64,000 nucleotides of DNA from Candidatus Marinacidobacterales bacterium (GCA_965226495.1 OZ245365.1:4448001-4512000); one strand, 5' to 3'; counted from the first letter of the stretch, positions 46,637-56,124 are shown. Program-made: numbers and translations. The notes: generated by a model not told the origin, from the letters alone.

Positions 46637-46666
46637 CTGTATACAGAAAGGAGCGTGGGGTGTCAA
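46637..46666 (-). promoter_or_regulatory. Sigma-70 promoter of the 10-kb hydrolase operon with overlapping palindrome
   Basis: Minus strand TTGACA-N17-TATACA; palindrome CTGTATACAG (46637-46646) covers the -10. Confidence 0.65.
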
Positions 46667-46766
46667 ACGACGAACCCCCTGCGAGTGTGAGGTTTGGGGG
46701 CACCTTGCAACGGAGATATGTCTTTGACATCATAACCGCCCCTAATTAGGGAAAGGAGCGGATCAA

Positions 46767-48188
46767 ATGAAAAGCCCAGCGATACGAATTCTCGTGGCAG
46801 TTCTCGTCGCCGCGATGTCTGGCGCCGGAATCGCCAGCGCACAGTATGGGGTCCAGAGCCTCGAGGGGCTGGACACCACCGATGACCTCCGACGAGTACC
46901 GATCCCGCCGCGGGATAGATCCAACGATCCCATCCTGGTGGTCAAAGGCGGCACGCTCATCGACGGCACCGGAGCGGCTCCAATCGCGAACGCCACCCTG
47001 GTCATCCAGGGCGACCGCATCTTGGACGTCGGTCGCAACGTCAGTGTCCCGGCCAACGCCGCACGCACCGTGGATGCGAGCGGGCTCTACATCGTGCCGG
47101 GGCTCATCGATCTTCACGTGCACTTCACCCAGCAACGGGGCGATGACTTCGGCATGTACACCGACTCCGACTCCGCGGCGACGATTCGCGGCGTCTTGAA
47201 GCTCGGTCAACTGCTCGACGGAGGGATCACCGCGGTGCGGGACGCCGGCACTCGGAACGACGTCGCCTTCAAGCTCAAGGAAGCCGTCGAACGGGAAATG
47301 CTGGATGGTCCGCGAGTGTTCTGGAGTGGAAAAATCATTACGTCACGTTCTGGACACGGCGACGAGCTCACGGGAACGGCCTCCGGAAAACCTCGGGGCG
47401 CGGGTGGTGCCTCCGAGCTCGGAGGAGGGCCCAACGTCCGCGTGGCCACCGGACCGTGGGATTGGAGACTCGCCGTTCGGGAGCAGATCCGCCGGCACGT
47501 CGACTGGATCAAGATCGGCGCGCCCTACTCGAAAGAAGAAATTACCGCCGCGATCGACGAAGCGCACATGCACGGCATTCCGGTCATGGCGGACGCCTTT
47601 GGCGACTACATCACTTGGGCGTCGGAGGCAGGCCTCGACAGCCTCGAGCATCCCTTGGACATGTCGGACGCCACGATCCAGGTGATGGCGAAAAACAAGA
47701 CCGGGTTCGTTCCCACGATCACCGCCTTCTACAATCCAACCGTTCTCGGATATCCCACCGCGGGTATTCCTCCGGGCGGGTTCTTCTACACTTGGTCCCG
47801 CCGTTTCAAGGTGAGCCACGAACGGAGCTTGGAGGCGGTTAGCAAGGCGAGGCAGGCCGGCATCAAGATTGGCGCCGCCACCGACATCCCGTTCGAGAAC
47901 GAGAAGCGATACCCCTCGGACTACTTTACCGAGCTCGGTTTCTTGAAGGATGCGGGTTTTTCCGATGAAGAGGTCCTCGCCTGTGCCACACGCACCGCGG
48001 CCGAGATCCTGGGGATGGATGACAAACTCGGGACGCTCGTGAAAGGGAAGCTGGCGGACGTGTTGATCGTCGCCGAGAATCCGCTCACCAACATCCAGAA
48101 CGTCCGCGCCATGAGAATGGTCATCTCGGACGGACGCGTGGTCCGCGACCGTTTGGGCGGTTCATCAGCGACCGAAGACTCGTTTTAG
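46767..48188 (+). CDS. Secreted amidohydrolase, close paralog of 37466-38872
   Basis: AAGGAG RBS; signal peptide; AQYG.QSLEGL.TTDD.RRVPIPPRDRSND shared with the paralog; DLHVH, WIK, SLEH, ATD. Confidence 0.93.
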   Translation: MKSPAIRILVAVLVAAMSGAGIASAQYGVQSLEGLDTTDDLRRVPIPPRDRSNDPILVVKGGTLIDGTGAAPIANATLVIQGDRILDVGRNVSVPANAARTVDASGLYIVPGLIDLHVHFTQQRGDDFGMYTDSDSAATIRGVLKLGQLLDGGITAVRDAGTRNDVAFKLKEAVEREMLDGPRVFWSGKIITSRSGHGDELTGTASGKPRGAGGASELGGGPNVRVATGPWDWRLAVREQIRRHVDWIKIGAPYSKEEITAAIDEAHMHGIPVMADAFGDYITWASEAGLDSLEHPLDMSDATIQVMAKNKTGFVPTITAFYNPTVLGYPTAGIPPGGFFYTWSRRFKVSHERSLEAVSKARQAGIKIGAATDIPFENEKRYPSDYFTELGFLKDAGFSDEEVLACATRTAAEILGMDDKLGTLVKGKLADVLIVAENPLTNIQNVRAMRMVISDGRVVRDRLGGSSATEDSF

Positions 48189-48194
48189 CGCTGT

Positions 48195-48640
48195 TGAGCC
48201 CGAGCGCAGCGCGAACGAAGTGAGTCGCGGAGCGAGCAGCGAGCGGGGGTGGGGTCCCCGCGAGACTCGTTTTAGCGCTGATAACAGCCCTGAGCCCGAG
48301 CGCAGCGCGAACGAAGTGAGTCGCGGAGCGAGCAGCGAGCGGGGGTGGGGTCCCCGCGAGCGCTGATAACAGCCCTGAGCCCGAGCGCAGCGCGAACGAA
48401 GTGAGTCGCGGAGCGAGCAGCGAGCGGGGGTGGGGTCCCCGCGAGCGCTGATAACAGCCCTGAGCCCGAGCGCAGCGCGAACGAAGTGAGTCGCGGAGCG
48501 AGCAGCGAGCGGGGGTGGGGTCCCCGCGAGCGCTGATAACAGCCCTGAGCCCATGCGCAGTCGCGTCTGCCGCAGCGAGATGGGAGGGGCAGGCGGCGAC
48601 GTAGCATGAGGCGTTGGGGGTGGGGCCCCAACGCCGCTAA
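48195..48640. repeat. Tandem array of an 85-bp GC-rich REP-like unit (4 copies plus one divergent family member)
   Basis: Units start at 48195, 48291, 48376, 48461; core GCGAGCGGGGGTGGGGTCCCCGCGAG; variant from 48546 contains GGCGTTGGGGGTGGGGCCCCAACGCC; no unique spacers. Confidence 0.92.
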
Positions 48641-48655
48641 TTGAAGACTAGCTAG

Positions 48656-49420
48656 CTATCTAGATCTCTTAAATGTCATGTAGTTGCCCTCGCTAAAACC
48701 GAAGCGCAACGTGTCGCCTGTGACCTTCACGTTGATTTCGTGCACGCCGCCCGGCTCCTCGATGGTGGTTTCACCCCCAACAACGTGGAGGGACCAGTCG
48801 AGCGTTAGCTTCAAAGACTCGCCGTCCTTCTCGTAGGGCCCGGCGTGTGCTCGCCCGTCTTTTCTTCCTTCGGGGGCGCCTTCGGGCGTCATGGTGTAGA
48901 GGAGCGCAAAGTTCCGATCCGCGAAGACCAGAAGGCCCGTGGTCGGGCCGGTTTTCGCCCCTCCCTCATAGCTTTCCATGAGCCAGGCGCCGGTCAGCTC
49001 ATCCGAAGCAACAGAAGCGAGCTTCTTGTACTTCTGAACCGTACCGGCATCGAAGTTCTGGGTCAGCAAGTCGCCATCTCGTTCGATACGGCCCGGGGCC
49101 TTTCTCTCTTCGGCCATCACCTGATTCTCGCCGGCAACGTGCTCGACCCACCACGGGACCGTGTAGACGAGGCGGTCACCCTCGATCGAGTACGTTCCGC
49201 CATGTCCGCGCATGGACTTGCCTTCCAAAGCCATGTCGAAGACGAAGGCAAAATGTCCGTCGGCCATGACCATCAGCCCACTCACATCGAGATCCCCACG
49301 CCGGTCGTAGGCGACCAATTGCCAACTCCCGTCCAACTCTTCTGCGGCCGCCCGGGGACCGGCGTGGAGCACAGCCGCAACTAGGAGCGGCAAGGTCAAC
49401 GTCGTTCGAATCGAGATCAT
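48656..49420 (-). CDS. Secreted protein with two tandem lipocalin-like domains
   Basis: Signal peptide; LDGSWQLVAYD and LTGAWLMESYE (GxW) repeats; GHGGTY/AHAGPY. Confidence 0.75.
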   Translation of the reverse strand: MISIRTTLTLPLLVAAVLHAGPRAAAEELDGSWQLVAYDRRGDLDVSGLMVMADGHFAFVFDMALEGKSMRGHGGTYSIEGDRLVYTVPWWVEHVAGENQVMAEERKAPGRIERDGDLLTQNFDAGTVQKYKKLASVASDELTGAWLMESYEGGAKTGPTTGLLVFADRNFALLYTMTPEGAPEGRKDGRAHAGPYEKDGESLKLTLDWSLHVVGGETTIEEPGGVHEINVKVTGDTLRFGFSEGNYMTFKRSR

Positions 49421-50178
49421 CTCGAAGCCCCGCCCGTGCCAGCACGGTGGAATTTCTGGACCGCGCCTCCGCCGAGATCCACGGTCAAGGAATCCCCTGC
49501 CACAGTGACCTTCGTTTTGCGCGAAGACGAGCCCTCATCGACCGATCCTTCGCCCTCGACGACTTGCATGGACCAAGCGACGGATAGGGTCATCGCGCCC
49601 CCGTCTCGCTCGTAGGTACCGGCGTGAGCTTTTCCGTCTTTTCCCCCTTCCGGCTTCATCGTGTACGTCAATGTGAAACTATCTCCAGCGAACATCATCA
49701 TGCCGGACGTGGGGCCGGTCTTTGCACGACTCTCGTAACTGTCCATTAGCCAAGCTCCGGCAAGATCACCCGCGTCACCGGAGGTGAGCTTCTTGAGCTT
49801 CTGTACCGAGCCGCTCGCGAACCGAATCACTAGCAGGTCACCAAGTACCTCCACTCGGCCCTTGGCCTCGACCTCGTCCTTCATGACCTGTGACTTCCCC
49901 GCTACGTGCTCGACCCACCACGGAATCATGTACGTGATCTCGTCGCCTTCGAGGCTGTAGTTCCCGCCATGGCCGCGACCCGAACGACCCTCATAGTCCA
50001 TCTTGTACACCACGGCGAAGTGACCGTCTGCGAAGATCATCACTCCCGACACGGGTACATCTTTGTTGTCGAACTCGTAACCCTCGAGGGACCACGCGCC
50101 TTCGAGACCGTCTGAATAAACGGTCGGCGTAGCCACCAATAGAAACACCGCGACTAGCATCCCAATCTTCTTCAACAT
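49417..50178 (-). CDS. Secreted protein with two tandem lipocalin-like domains (paralog)
   Basis: Start MLKKIGML at 50178; LEGAWSLEGYE and LAGAWLMDSYE; PWWVEHVAG shared with its neighbour; ATGA overlap. Confidence 0.75.
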   Translation of the reverse strand: MLKKIGMLVAVFLLVATPTVYSDGLEGAWSLEGYEFDNKDVPVSGVMIFADGHFAVVYKMDYEGRSGRGHGGNYSLEGDEITYMIPWWVEHVAGKSQVMKDEVEAKGRVEVLGDLLVIRFASGSVQKLKKLTSGDAGDLAGAWLMDSYESRAKTGPTSGMMMFAGDSFTLTYTMKPEGGKDGKAHAGTYERDGGAMTLSVAWSMQVVEGEGSVDEGSSSRKTKVTVAGDSLTVDLGGGAVQKFHRAGTGGASR

Positions 50179-50189
50179 GACTCTCCCTT

Positions 50190-51425
50190 TTATTTTTGAT
50201 GAACGATCTCGCCGGCTTGGATGACGACTTCGGGCGCGACGAGCGCATCGATATTCTCGAGTGGATCCGAGGATAGCACGATGGCATCTCCCCACTTCCC
50301 GCGCTCGATGCTACCCGCTTCGTCGCCAAGCCCCATCGCTTCGGCAGCATGGAGCGTCGCCGACTGAACGACTCGCATCGCGGATAGGCCTCCGGTCATC
50401 ATGCCCTTCACTTCCTGGAGGTAGAGCTCGTTGATGGTCGGCAAATCTTTGGAGTTCGAGTCCGTTCCCACGCCGAATTTGACGCCTGCCTCACGCATCT
50501 GACGGAAAAGCTCCATCATGCCGTCATAGGTATGTCCCAGCTGTCTCTCGAGAAGCTCGGCGGTATAGGTGTACTCACCAGCGAGCTCACGCAGGTGGTA
50601 GCCCATCGTGGGTATGACGTAGATGTTGTTCTCCGCCATCTGTTGCACCACGTCCTCTCCACCGAACGGATAGAGATGCTCGACGCTGTCGACGCCGGCT
50701 TCGACCGCGATGCGCCCGGAGACGGCGTGGAGATCCTGGGGCCCGCCCACGTGCGCCGTGATGCGAAGCTTCCAATAGTGCGTCTCGTCCACGGTGGCCT
50801 TGAGCTCTTCGAGGGTGTAGGGAGGCGTGACCTTAATCAAATCCGCGCCCTGCTTGACCGCTTCGCGTACCCTCTTCCGGAACTCCCAGGGACCGTTCGC
50901 CTCGACCGCCCAAATGGGTGGAATGAGCGGCTGAAACTCGGTCGCATGCCCTCCGGTGGTCGTGATGATAGGACCGGAGGTATAGAAGCGGGCACCCCCC
51001 ATCAAACCACTGCGCTGCGCCCTCTTCAGGGAGTAGCCCACGTGATAGCGAGAAGCGACGTCTCGCACCAAGGTGACACCGATCTCCTGATAGCGCTCCA
51101 GGAATCGCTCGGAGCGAATGGCATTAACGATGTCATCCTCCATGTCGCGGGCCCCAGCGAGCTTGAAGGTGATGTGCCCGTGGAGATCGAACATACCGGG
51201 AAGGACCCACTTCCCTGCTGCCGACACTCGAACCGCGTCCGCCGAAGCTCCGGAAACATCGCCGACCGCGGCGATGCGCCCATCACGGATGAGAATGCCT
51301 GGATTTGGACGAGGGTCACTGCCGGTGCCATCGATGAGGGTTCCGCCCTCGATGATGATATCGGCGGCCAGGGCAGGCGTTGCCGCCAAGGCCAAGCTCA
51401 AAAGAATCGCATATGCTCTGATCAA
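50190..51425 (-). CDS. Secreted amidohydrolase (COG1228-type) with canonical metal ligands
   Basis: Signal peptide; DLHGH, LIK, ITAH, SVEH, GTD; TTGA overlap with the upstream gene. Confidence 0.92.
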   Translation of the reverse strand: MIRAYAILLSLALAATPALAADIIIEGGTLIDGTGSDPRPNPGILIRDGRIAAVGDVSGASADAVRVSAAGKWVLPGMFDLHGHITFKLAGARDMEDDIVNAIRSERFLERYQEIGVTLVRDVASRYHVGYSLKRAQRSGLMGGARFYTSGPIITTTGGHATEFQPLIPPIWAVEANGPWEFRKRVREAVKQGADLIKVTPPYTLEELKATVDETHYWKLRITAHVGGPQDLHAVSGRIAVEAGVDSVEHLYPFGGEDVVQQMAENNIYVIPTMGYHLRELAGEYTYTAELLERQLGHTYDGMMELFRQMREAGVKFGVGTDSNSKDLPTINELYLQEVKGMMTGGLSAMRVVQSATLHAAEAMGLGDEAGSIERGKWGDAIVLSSDPLENIDALVAPEVVIQAGEIVHQK

Positions 51426-53710
51426 TTCTGTCCTCCTGTAACTTCATCGGAACTGGGTACCGCGGGACGGGGCCCTCTTCCCAGGTAGCGATCGAAGTGC
51501 TCGGCGACTTTCGTCAGCACGAACCGGGTCACGTAATCTCGCTGAGTGTAGCTATGGGTCGCCGACGGGAGAATGACGAAGTCGAAGTTTTTGCCAAGCA
51601 TCATCAGCTTCTCGGCCAGCGTGACCGAGTCTTTGAAAAGCACGACGGCGTCCTGGAGCCCGTGAATGAACATGAGATGATCTTGAAGATCTTCGCCGTA
51701 AGAAACGGCAGAGACCTTCCGATAAACCTCCGGGTGCGTATAGGGCTGGCGCGCATTGTCTGTTTGGCCGGTCATGGCGTGCCAAACGTTGGTAGCGGGC
51801 GCACCGGCAACACCGGCCTTGTATACGCCCGGCTTCTTGAAGAGCGAGTGCGCGGTGAGCAGCCCTCCGTAACTCCATCCCCAAATTCCCACCCGGTCTG
51901 GATCCACATAGGGCAAGGATTTCAAATGCTCCGCCCCACTATGGAGGTCCTCGATGTCGATGCCCCCATAGTCGAGAAAGAGATCCTCACGAAACTTCCG
52001 CCCGTAGCCACTGCTCCCTCGGATGTCCACCTGGAGCACGAGGTAGCCGCGCTGAGCTAGATACTGTTCGAAGGTGTCCCGAATACCGGACCACTTGTTC
52101 CGTACTAGATTGGAGTAGACCGGCCCCAAGATCGCGGGATATTTCTTAGTGGGATCGAGATTCGGTGGCTCGACCAGTCGCCCATGGACGATGCTGCCGT
52201 CCACCCGACTGCGAAAAGTCACGTACTTTGGTTTCACCCATGGGTAGCGATCGAACTCCTCGATCGGAGAATGGGTCAGCCGCCGCTCGGTGCCACCCTT
52301 GGACTCGAGCACATAGAGGTCGGTGGGGCTGGTGTCGCTCGAGTGGAGTAGCGCCAACTTGGTGCCGTCCGGAGACATGATGGGATGGTGGGTCCCGACA
52401 AGCGACGTGACTTGCTTCACCGATCCACCTTTCTCGGACATGCGATAGATCTGTCGCTCGTAAGGATTCTTCTTGGTGGAAACGAAAAAGATGTCTTTCA
52501 ACTCGGAGCTGACTGCGAGCGGCGCTCCTCCGAACCGAGTCGCGACGACGCTCCAATCGCCTTCGGTCAGCGTTTCGCTGCTACCGTCTTCCAGCGACAC
52601 CGAGTGCAAACGATGGCGACCATCGAGATCGCTGGTGAATAAAACGGCTTGCCCGTCGCTTCGCCATACCGACGAGACCAGCCGCTGTGAGTTCCGGGTC
52701 CACCGCTCGGTGTGCCAAGCGCTCTTGAAAGAAGCGTCCTCCGGTGTGACGACCCAAAGCCAACGATGGACCGCATCTTCCGAGACTTGGTCAATAAGGA
52801 GACGGGCAGGAGCCGGAGACCAACTGTAGTCCGTGATCAACGCAGCGGTCTCCTCCGGAAGTTCGACGCGACGTGACCGCCCGCTAGCTACGGAATAGAT
52901 CTCGATGGCACGGATATGGTCGTGATCGCCGGGATAATCGCGCCGCAAATAGCGCATTTCAGTCCGCTCACCGATGTAGTTCGGTATCGGCTCCTTGCGG
53001 ACGTTGCGCCGATCATCGAGGTGCAGCGCTACGTAGCGGCTGTCCTGCGACCATTCGTAGGAGCTGAACTCTCTATCGAGCCGGGTGAATCGGGCACCGT
53101 CGATGTCGCCGATTTCGGCCACACCGATTTTTGTGGCCTGCACCGGTTCATCGGTTGTCTGATTCCAGAGCCAAAGATCGCCGTCCTGGAGCCAGGACAG
53201 AAAACGTCCATCGGGAGAGAAGGCGAAGGTGCCACGCGAGGCGCGGGAGCGCGTCATCTGCACCGGCTCGCCGCCGGTAGCATCCACGCGGAAGAGCTGC
53301 CCATCATAGCCAAAAATGAGGGCATTGCCGTCGGGCGTCCACGCGAAGTCCGTGACACCGCTCTGCGCGCGCTCCCGAAACGCTCTCGTCAGTGGTGCGA
53401 GGGGATCTTCGGCGGGCCCTGGTCCCTCCTCCGGCGCAACTCGCTTCAAGTTCGTAATGCGAGTCGGCTCTCCGCCAACAGCCGAGACCACCCAGACATC
53501 CCGGAACGGATAACCTTCGTCGTTCCACAGAAAGGCGATGCGGCTACTATCCGGCGACCAGGCCGGACCCAGCGGAATGGTTCCGGTCAATCTCGGAAAA
53601 GACGTGACGCGCTCGAGCGTCAACTCTTGCCCGAACGCGGCAACCGAGAGGAGGCCGCCGAGCGCCACCATTAGAGAAACCATCGCGCGTAAAAGGTAGG
53701 GTTGTTTCAA
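51422..53710 (-). CDS. Secreted S9 family serine peptidase, copy 3
   Basis: TTG start after AGGAGG; signal peptide; GWSYGG, HGLQD, SATHS. Confidence 0.93.
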   Translation of the reverse strand: MKQPYLLRAMVSLMVALGGLLSVAAFGQELTLERVTSFPRLTGTIPLGPAWSPDSSRIAFLWNDEGYPFRDVWVVSAVGGEPTRITNLKRVAPEEGPGPAEDPLAPLTRAFRERAQSGVTDFAWTPDGNALIFGYDGQLFRVDATGGEPVQMTRSRASRGTFAFSPDGRFLSWLQDGDLWLWNQTTDEPVQATKIGVAEIGDIDGARFTRLDREFSSYEWSQDSRYVALHLDDRRNVRKEPIPNYIGERTEMRYLRRDYPGDHDHIRAIEIYSVASGRSRRVELPEETAALITDYSWSPAPARLLIDQVSEDAVHRWLWVVTPEDASFKSAWHTERWTRNSQRLVSSVWRSDGQAVLFTSDLDGRHRLHSVSLEDGSSETLTEGDWSVVATRFGGAPLAVSSELKDIFFVSTKKNPYERQIYRMSEKGGSVKQVTSLVGTHHPIMSPDGTKLALLHSSDTSPTDLYVLESKGGTERRLTHSPIEEFDRYPWVKPKYVTFRSRVDGSIVHGRLVEPPNLDPTKKYPAILGPVYSNLVRNKWSGIRDTFEQYLAQRGYLVLQVDIRGSSGYGRKFREDLFLDYGGIDIEDLHSGAEHLKSLPYVDPDRVGIWGWSYGGLLTAHSLFKKPGVYKAGVAGAPATNVWHAMTGQTDNARQPYTHPEVYRKVSAVSYGEDLQDHLMFIHGLQDAVVLFKDSVTLAEKLMMLGKNFDFVILPSATHSYTQRDYVTRFVLTKVAEHFDRYLGRGPRPAVPSSDEVTGGQN

Positions 53711-56031
53711 TTCTGTCCTCCTGTAATGTCATCGGGGGTCGAACCACCCTCCGGCGGCATCGGGCCCCGCCCAAGATGGCGTTCGAAGAACTCGTCGATC
53801 TTCGTGTAAACAAACCGCGCCACGTAGTCCTTCTGCGAAAAACCATGTGTCGCCGACGGGAGAATGACGAAATCGAAATTCTTGTTCAACATCATCAACT
53901 TCTCGGCCAAGGTGACGGAATCCTTGAAGAGCACGACCGCGTCTTGAAGTCCGTGGATGAACATCAGGGGATCCTGCAAGTCTTCGCCATAGGAAACCAC
54001 GGAGCTATTGCGATAAACCTCAGGATGCGTCTCGGGCATGCGAATGTTGACCGCTTCCCCGGTGCCGGCGTGCCACACGTTGGTGGCAGGGGCCCCGGCG
54101 ACTCCGGCAGCATAAACTCCGGGTTTCGTGAGTAGAGACATCGACGCCATGAGGCCTCCGTAGCTCCATCCCCAGATTCCCACTCGATCTGGATCGACGT
54201 ACGGGAGTGACTTCAAGTACTCGGCGCCGCTCGCCAGATCTTCGATGTCGATCCCTCCGTAGTCGAGGAAGAGACCGTCCTCACGGAATTTGCGGCCATA
54301 TCCGTTGCTCCCGCGAATATCTACATAGAGAACGAGATAGCCGTTCATTGCTTGGTACTGCTGAAAGGTCGCGCCCATGCCGCGCCACTGGTTCCGGACG
54401 GTGTTCGAGTACACCGGCCCCAAGATAGCGGGGTACTTCTTCGAACGGTCGAGGTTCGGTGGCTCAATAAGACGGCCATGGATAGTGGCACCGTCGGTGC
54501 CGCTCGAGAAGGTTACATATTTTGGGGTGACCCAGTCGTAGCGATCGAATTCCTCGGGCGGAGAATGCGTCAACCGAACCTCGGCGGTTCCACCCTCGGC
54601 GGCCACAACGTAGAGCTCCGTCGGCGTCGTATCATTCGTGTGCAGAAGTGAAAGCTTGCGACCGTCCGGAGATAGCGCGGGACGATGGAGCCCGGGCAAA
54701 GAGGTGACCTGCGTGATCGCCCCTCCCTTTTCTGACATGCGGTAGATCTGTCGGCCGTAAGGATTCTCCTTCGTGGATTCGAAGAAAACCTCCTTGGTGT
54801 CGTCGTTGACCTCGAGATACGCGCCACCTCGAGCCCCCACGATACCCCACTCTCCCCTGGTCAACTGCGTGCTCTTACTGTCTGGGCCGTCCGAGAGGGA
54901 CACCGAATAGAGATGGTGATAACCGTCGAGGTCCGCAACTGCGAACACCGCGCCGCCATCACTTCGCCACACCGATCGGCCCAACCCCCTAGTATTTCGG
55001 CTCCAACGTTCGTCGTGCCAGATGTTCTTGATGGCGCCGTCCTCAGGCGTTACTACCCAGAGCCAACGATGAACCGCATTCTCGGAGATTTGGTCGATGA
55101 GAAGCCGTGGCGAACCGTTCGACCAGCTGTAACCGTTAAACGTTGTGACGGTCTTTTCTTCGAGCTCCACCGGTCGCAGACGACCGCTGGTCACGGAGTA
55201 AATCTGGATTTGTCGAACATAATCGCGGTCCCCAGGATAGTCGCGGCGCAGGTACCGCATTTCCGTCTGCTCACCGATGTAGTTCGGTATCGCTTCCTTT
55301 CGCACGTTGCGTCGATCGTCGAGATGGAGTGCGAGGTACCGACTATCCGGTGACCACTTGTACGAACTGAACTCACGGTCGAGTCGCGTGTAGCGGGCAC
55401 CGGGAACAATGCCGATCGGCGTCTCGCCGATCTTGGTTGCCTGCACCTGTTCGTCGCTCTTCTGATCCCAGAGCCACAGGTCGCCCTCTTGAAGCCAAGA
55501 CAGGAAACGTGCGTTGGGAGAGAAGCCAAGCTCGCGCCGTGAGGCACGCGAACGTGTCAGCTGCTTCGGCTCGCCTCCGGCCGCACTAACGCGAAAGAGT
55601 TGCCCCTCGTAGCTGAAGACGAGCGCGCCGTCAGGCGTCCACGTGACACCCGAGACGCCGCTCCGCGTGCGCTCGTGAAACGCTCTCATCAAGGGAGCGA
55701 GAGAGTCCTCGGCGGGCCCTTGCCCTTCCTCTGGCGCTACTCGCTTCAAGTTCGTTATTCGAGTCGGATCTCCCCCCGCAGCCGAAACGGTCCAAACATC
55801 ACGAAACGGATATCCCTCGTCGTTCCACAGAAAGGCAACGCGGCTGCTATCCGGCGACCAAGCCGGACGCGAGGGGGCGGTTCCCGTCAACCGAGGGAAA
55901 GACGTGATGCGCTCGATGGTCAACTCCTGCGTCATCTCCTGTCCTGGCGCAGGGTCAGCTCCCGCGCCTAATAGGCCCACCGCAAGCAACCAAGGACCAA
56001 TCTGTCCGATACCTTTAGATCTCGTCGACAA
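53707..56031 (-). CDS. Secreted S9 family serine peptidase, copy 4
   Basis: Probable TTG start at 56031 after GGAGG; GWSYGG, HGLQD, SATHG; close paralog of copy 3. Confidence 0.92.
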   Translation of the reverse strand: MSTRSKGIGQIGPWLLAVGLLGAGADPAPGQEMTQELTIERITSFPRLTGTAPSRPAWSPDSSRVAFLWNDEGYPFRDVWTVSAAGGDPTRITNLKRVAPEEGQGPAEDSLAPLMRAFHERTRSGVSGVTWTPDGALVFSYEGQLFRVSAAGGEPKQLTRSRASRRELGFSPNARFLSWLQEGDLWLWDQKSDEQVQATKIGETPIGIVPGARYTRLDREFSSYKWSPDSRYLALHLDDRRNVRKEAIPNYIGEQTEMRYLRRDYPGDRDYVRQIQIYSVTSGRLRPVELEEKTVTTFNGYSWSNGSPRLLIDQISENAVHRWLWVVTPEDGAIKNIWHDERWSRNTRGLGRSVWRSDGGAVFAVADLDGYHHLYSVSLSDGPDSKSTQLTRGEWGIVGARGGAYLEVNDDTKEVFFESTKENPYGRQIYRMSEKGGAITQVTSLPGLHRPALSPDGRKLSLLHTNDTTPTELYVVAAEGGTAEVRLTHSPPEEFDRYDWVTPKYVTFSSGTDGATIHGRLIEPPNLDRSKKYPAILGPVYSNTVRNQWRGMGATFQQYQAMNGYLVLYVDIRGSNGYGRKFREDGLFLDYGGIDIEDLASGAEYLKSLPYVDPDRVGIWGWSYGGLMASMSLLTKPGVYAAGVAGAPATNVWHAGTGEAVNIRMPETHPEVYRNSSVVSYGEDLQDPLMFIHGLQDAVVLFKDSVTLAEKLMMLNKNFDFVILPSATHGFSQKDYVARFVYTKIDEFFERHLGRGPMPPEGGSTPDDITGGQN

Positions 56032-56094
56032 CGTTCCACCTCCTGCCGGCCGGCAAATGAGAACTCGGAGCGTTTCTCCCGAGTGGGTGCATGC

Positions 56095-56124
56095 GGTATA
56101 CTTCGCAACCGCAGTTGGCGTCAA
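56095..56124 (-). promoter_or_regulatory. Possible sigma-70 promoter in the divergent S9/APC intergenic region
   Basis: Minus strand TTGACG-N18-TATACC; overlapping TATACT on the plus strand. Confidence 0.35.

Noticed and set aside
48165-48631. Repetitive 119-129 aa ORFs
   Set aside because: These are translations of the tandem DNA repeat; the 85-bp unit is not a multiple of 3.
48195-48640. Possible CRISPR array
   Set aside because: Units are 85 bp and essentially identical end to end, with no unique spacers, no leader and no cas genes in the window.
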